From: an uncultured delta proteobacterium
Lineage (GTDB): Bacteria > Desulfobacterota > RBG-13-43-22
Assembly (NCBI GenBank): GCA_963743305.1
Contig: CAVUPH010000007.1
Location: 128,001-192,000, forward strand
DNA: 64,000 nucleotides
Direction of reading: 5' to 3'
The notes below the pieces were generated by a model. That model did not search any database, was not told where the DNA came from, and worked only from the letters and a program-made list of their open reading frames with translations. The position numbers and the translations under genes are program-made. Position 1 is the stretch's first letter. Each line of letters begins with the position of its first letter. Positions 61,142 through 64,000 of this stretch are shown one piece after another.

Positions 61142-61872
61142 ATCCGGAGTCCAGGAACCGTCAGCCGGAATACGCCGATGTGGAAACCTCGTCCGAAGGC
61201 TACGCCCGACGCTTTTCCGGCGAAGTGGGAAAATACTTTTTAGAGGTTCAAACCCGGATTACCCTGGAGTTGCTGAAACCCTGGCCCCGGGCCCGGGTCC
61301 TGGATGTGGGCGGGGGGCACGCTCAGCTCGCCCTGCCGCTGGTTGAAGCCGGATATGAGGTGACCGTAGTCGGCAGCCGCCCGGAATGCCAGGATCGCCT
61401 CACTCGCCTGCTCCCGGACGGATCGTATACCTTTCAGGTAGGGGACCTGCTGGCCCTGCCTTTTGATGATAAGCGTTTCGATGTGGTCCTTTCGTTCCGT
61501 CTGATCCCCCATCTCGAGGCCTGGCCGGCATTAATCGCCGAACTCTGCCGTTTGGCGGGCCAAGCTGTAATCGTGGACTACCCCGACCTGCGCAGCGTCA
61601 ATATTTTCTCCAAGCTTTTGTTTCAGTTAAAAAAAGCCGTGGAAAAAAACACCCGACCTTTCGCCTGCTTCAGCCGGGGAGAAATTATGAACGAATTCCA
61701 AAAAAACCGGTTCGGGCGGCCACTTTTCCGGCCGGAATTTTTTTGGCCCATGGCGCTCCACCGGGCTTTGAAAAGCGGGGTCGCTTCAAAAAGTCTGGAA
61801 GCATTCGTTCAACGGATGGGCTTAACCGGGCTCCTGGGTTCGCCGATTGTCCTTCGCGTAACTCCGGAATAG
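61138..61872 (+). CDS. class I SAM-dependent methyltransferase-like protein
   Basis: VLDVGGGHAQ, LPFDDKRFDVV. Confidence 0.85.
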   Translation: MNPESRNRQPEYADVETSSEGYARRFSGEVGKYFLEVQTRITLELLKPWPRARVLDVGGGHAQLALPLVEAGYEVTVVGSRPECQDRLTRLLPDGSYTFQVGDLLALPFDDKRFDVVLSFRLIPHLEAWPALIAELCRLAGQAVIVDYPDLRSVNIFSKLLFQLKKAVEKNTRPFACFSRGEIMNEFQKNRFGRPLFRPEFFWPMALHRALKSGVASKSLEAFVQRMGLTGLLGSPIVLRVTPE

Positions 61873-61876
61873 CCTC

Positions 61877-63052
61877 TTGAAGATCCTGCTCCTAGCCCCC
61901 TGTCCTTTCTATCAGAACCGGGGGACTCCTATTGCCATTCATCTGGCCGCACGGGTCCTGGGTGAAGCCGGATACCAAATTCATATCCTGACCTACCCGG
62001 AAGGGGAAACTGTTTCCATTCCCAATGTGTCGCTCTCTAGAATTCCGGCTCTGCCGGGCATAAAAAACATCAAGCCCGGCCCCTCCTGGAAGAAGATCGT
62101 CTACGATTTGGTCATGTGCTTTACAATGATCGGTCTGGTCAGGAAAAACCGCTTCGATGTCATCCACGCCGTGGAAGAATCGGCCTTCATGGCCCTGGTT
62201 CTAAAAAAAATAGTTCGGCTCCCCTTTGTGTATGACCTCGACTCTTCCCTCTCCCGGCAGATTGGTGAAAAATATCGGTTTCTGAGACCGTTGACCGCCA
62301 TTCTCCATTGGCTGGAAATAATGGTTATCCGGGAAAGCGCCGGCGCCATAGCCGTTTGCCGGGCATTGGAGGATGAAGTGCTCCAATGCGCCCCTGAAAA
62401 ACTAGTCTGCCGATTGGAGGATATTTCCCTGCTGGCCGACACTGACGGAGAAACCAGCCTGTCCGCCCCAAAAATCTGGGAGGAAGCGGTGATCATGTAT
62501 GTAGGCAATCTGGAAAAATATCAGGGGATCGATCTGCTTTTAGAAGCTTTTCAGCAGGCGCTGCCCCGGGCCGGTGCGGCCCGGCTGGTGGTCATCGGGG
62601 GCGCCGACCCGGATATTAAGCGGTACCGGAAGCGGGGGGAGGAATTGGGATTGACCGGGCGGGTGGATTTTCTGGGACCCAAGCCCCTGGCCGAACTTCC
62701 GGCCTGGCTAGGACAGGCTACGATCCTGGTTTCCCCCCGGATCAAAGGCAACAACACTCCTATGAAAATATATTCCTACCTGGATTCCGGAAAGCCGGTC
62801 CTGGCCACCCGGCTTCCCACCCACACCCAGGTGCTGGATGACGAGATCGCCTATCTCGTCGCCCCCACCCCGAAAGCCCTAGGCGAGGGCCTGGTGACCC
62901 TGCTGGAAGACGAAGTCTTGCGGAAAAAGCTCTCTTCCGCCGCCGGGAAACGCGTTCAGGAAGAGTACTGCTTTGCGGCCTATCAAGAGAAACTGCTTCT
63001 CTTCTACCAGCGCCTGGGAAAAAAATTGGCTGACGGAAAGAGGGCGGTTTGA
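61877..63052 (+). CDS. glycosyltransferase family 4
   Basis: YVGNLEKYQGIDLL, PMKIYSYLDSGKPVLAT. TTG start. Confidence 0.9.
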   Translation: MKILLLAPCPFYQNRGTPIAIHLAARVLGEAGYQIHILTYPEGETVSIPNVSLSRIPALPGIKNIKPGPSWKKIVYDLVMCFTMIGLVRKNRFDVIHAVEESAFMALVLKKIVRLPFVYDLDSSLSRQIGEKYRFLRPLTAILHWLEIMVIRESAGAIAVCRALEDEVLQCAPEKLVCRLEDISLLADTDGETSLSAPKIWEEAVIMYVGNLEKYQGIDLLLEAFQQALPRAGAARLVVIGGADPDIKRYRKRGEELGLTGRVDFLGPKPLAELPAWLGQATILVSPRIKGNNTPMKIYSYLDSGKPVLATRLPTHTQVLDDEIAYLVAPTPKALGEGLVTLLEDEVLRKKLSSAAGKRVQEEYCFAAYQEKLLLFYQRLGKKLADGKRAV

Positions 63053-63103
63053 GTTTTTCAATCAATCGGTTGTTAGGGACCGGTATAGAAGGAGGAGGGA
63101 TTC

Positions 63104-64000
63104 ATGCGGATTTTGGTAACCGGAGGAACAGGGTTTACCGGGAAGGCCCTGGTGAAAAGGCTTCTGGACGAAGGCCATCAGGTGGTGGCCCTGGATTATA
63201 AAGAGGGGTTGAAAACCGAGGAACTCCGCCAATGGGGGGCGGAAGTCGTCATCGGCAGCGTTACCGATAAGGTCGTAGTGGAAAAAAGCATGGAAGGCGT
63301 GGAGCTGGTCCACCACCTGGCGGCGGCGTTCCGGGAATTGAACGTCCCGAACAGCTTTTATGACGAGGTGAATGTTGGCGGCACCGTCAATGCCCTGGAA
63401 GCCGCCTACCGTCAGGGCGTCAAGAAATTCATCTATTGCAGCACCTGCGGCGTTCATGGAAATATCGACCACCCCCCCGGCGGCGAGGACGCTCCAATTC
63501 AACCAGCGGATTATTACCAGTCCACTAAATTCAAGGCCGAGCCCATCGTTCTGGAATATTACCGGAAAGGGTTGAAAACCGTTATCCTTAGACCGGCGGC
63601 CATCTATGGACCCGGAGACCCGGAGCGTTTCTATATGATCTACAAAAGGGTGGCTAAGGGGAAATTCCCCATGTTCGGGAGCGGCAAGACCTTTTACCAT
63701 CCCTTGTACATCGACAACTTGATTGACGCTTTTATGCTGACCATGGAAGAGGGGAAGGGGGACGGGCAGGCCTATCTCATTGCGGATGAGGAATATCTCG
63801 AAATTGGGGAATTGGTCAAGAAAGTGGGGCAGTCCATGGGGATCGAGGTGAAAATCAATCATTATCCCATCATCCCGCTCATCATCGCCGGCCATATCTT
63901 CGAAAAGGTCTGCAAGCCCTTTCACGTCACCCCCCCCATTTTCCCCCGCCGGGTGGACTGGTACCGGCAAAACCGGGCGTTTGATATTAGTAAGGCGAAA
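63104..64000 (+). CDS. NAD-dependent epimerase/dehydratase (runs off the window end)
   Basis: Not in the ORF track. GGAGG RBS; MRILVTGGTGFTG, HLAA, YCST, YQSTK (YxxxK), RPAAIYGPGD. Confidence 0.92.
   Translation, partial: MRILVTGGTGFTGKALVKRLLDEGHQVVALDYKEGLKTEELRQWGAEVVIGSVTDKVVVEKSMEGVELVHHLAAAFRELNVPNSFYDEVNVGGTVNALEAAYRQGVKKFIYCSTCGVHGNIDHPPGGEDAPIQPADYYQSTKFKAEPIVLEYYRKGLKTVILRPAAIYGPGDPERFYMIYKRVAKGKFPMFGSGKTFYHPLYIDNLIDAFMLTMEEGKGDGQAYLIADEEYLEIGELVKKVGQSMGIEVKINHYPIIPLIIAGHIFEKVCKPFHVTPPIFPRRVDWYRQNRAFDISKAK

Noticed and set aside
1-64000. CRISPR arrays, tRNA or rRNA genes, prophage or transposase genes
   Set aside because: No regularly spaced direct repeats, cloverleaf signatures or relevant protein motifs were seen on manual reading.

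Overview
64 kb of a moderately GC-rich bacterial chromosome. The gene content suggests an anaerobic deltaproteobacterium (Desulfobacterota-like); this is inference only. No rRNA, tRNA, CRISPR array, integrase or transposase is visible. 1-19 kb is an accessory patchwork: lepB plus a truncated second copy, three type II toxin-antitoxin pairs (one decayed), a Swt1-like HEPN gene followed by an attC-like site, a papain-family protease, transketolase, and two copies of a 261-bp MITE-like element. 19-35 kb holds acyl-CoA metabolism, an ECF transporter, a GGDEF/HD-GYP protein, cbpA and an orphan mreB. 35-64 kb is a large cell-envelope glycan tailoring region: an ArnC-like GT2, three GT-C-like membrane proteins, AsnB, an SxtIJKL-like carbamoyltransferase module with an SxtJ-SxtK fusion, a B12 radical SAM enzyme, methyl- and acyltransferases, a GlpD-like oxidoreductase, GT4 and an epimerase. 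Six genes are split by apparent single-base frameshifts, three at homopolymers including a C11 tract, so either assembly error or phase variation is possible. A second, inverted-repeat-bounded repeat family occurs three times. All family assignments come from motif recognition by eye; no database searches were run.
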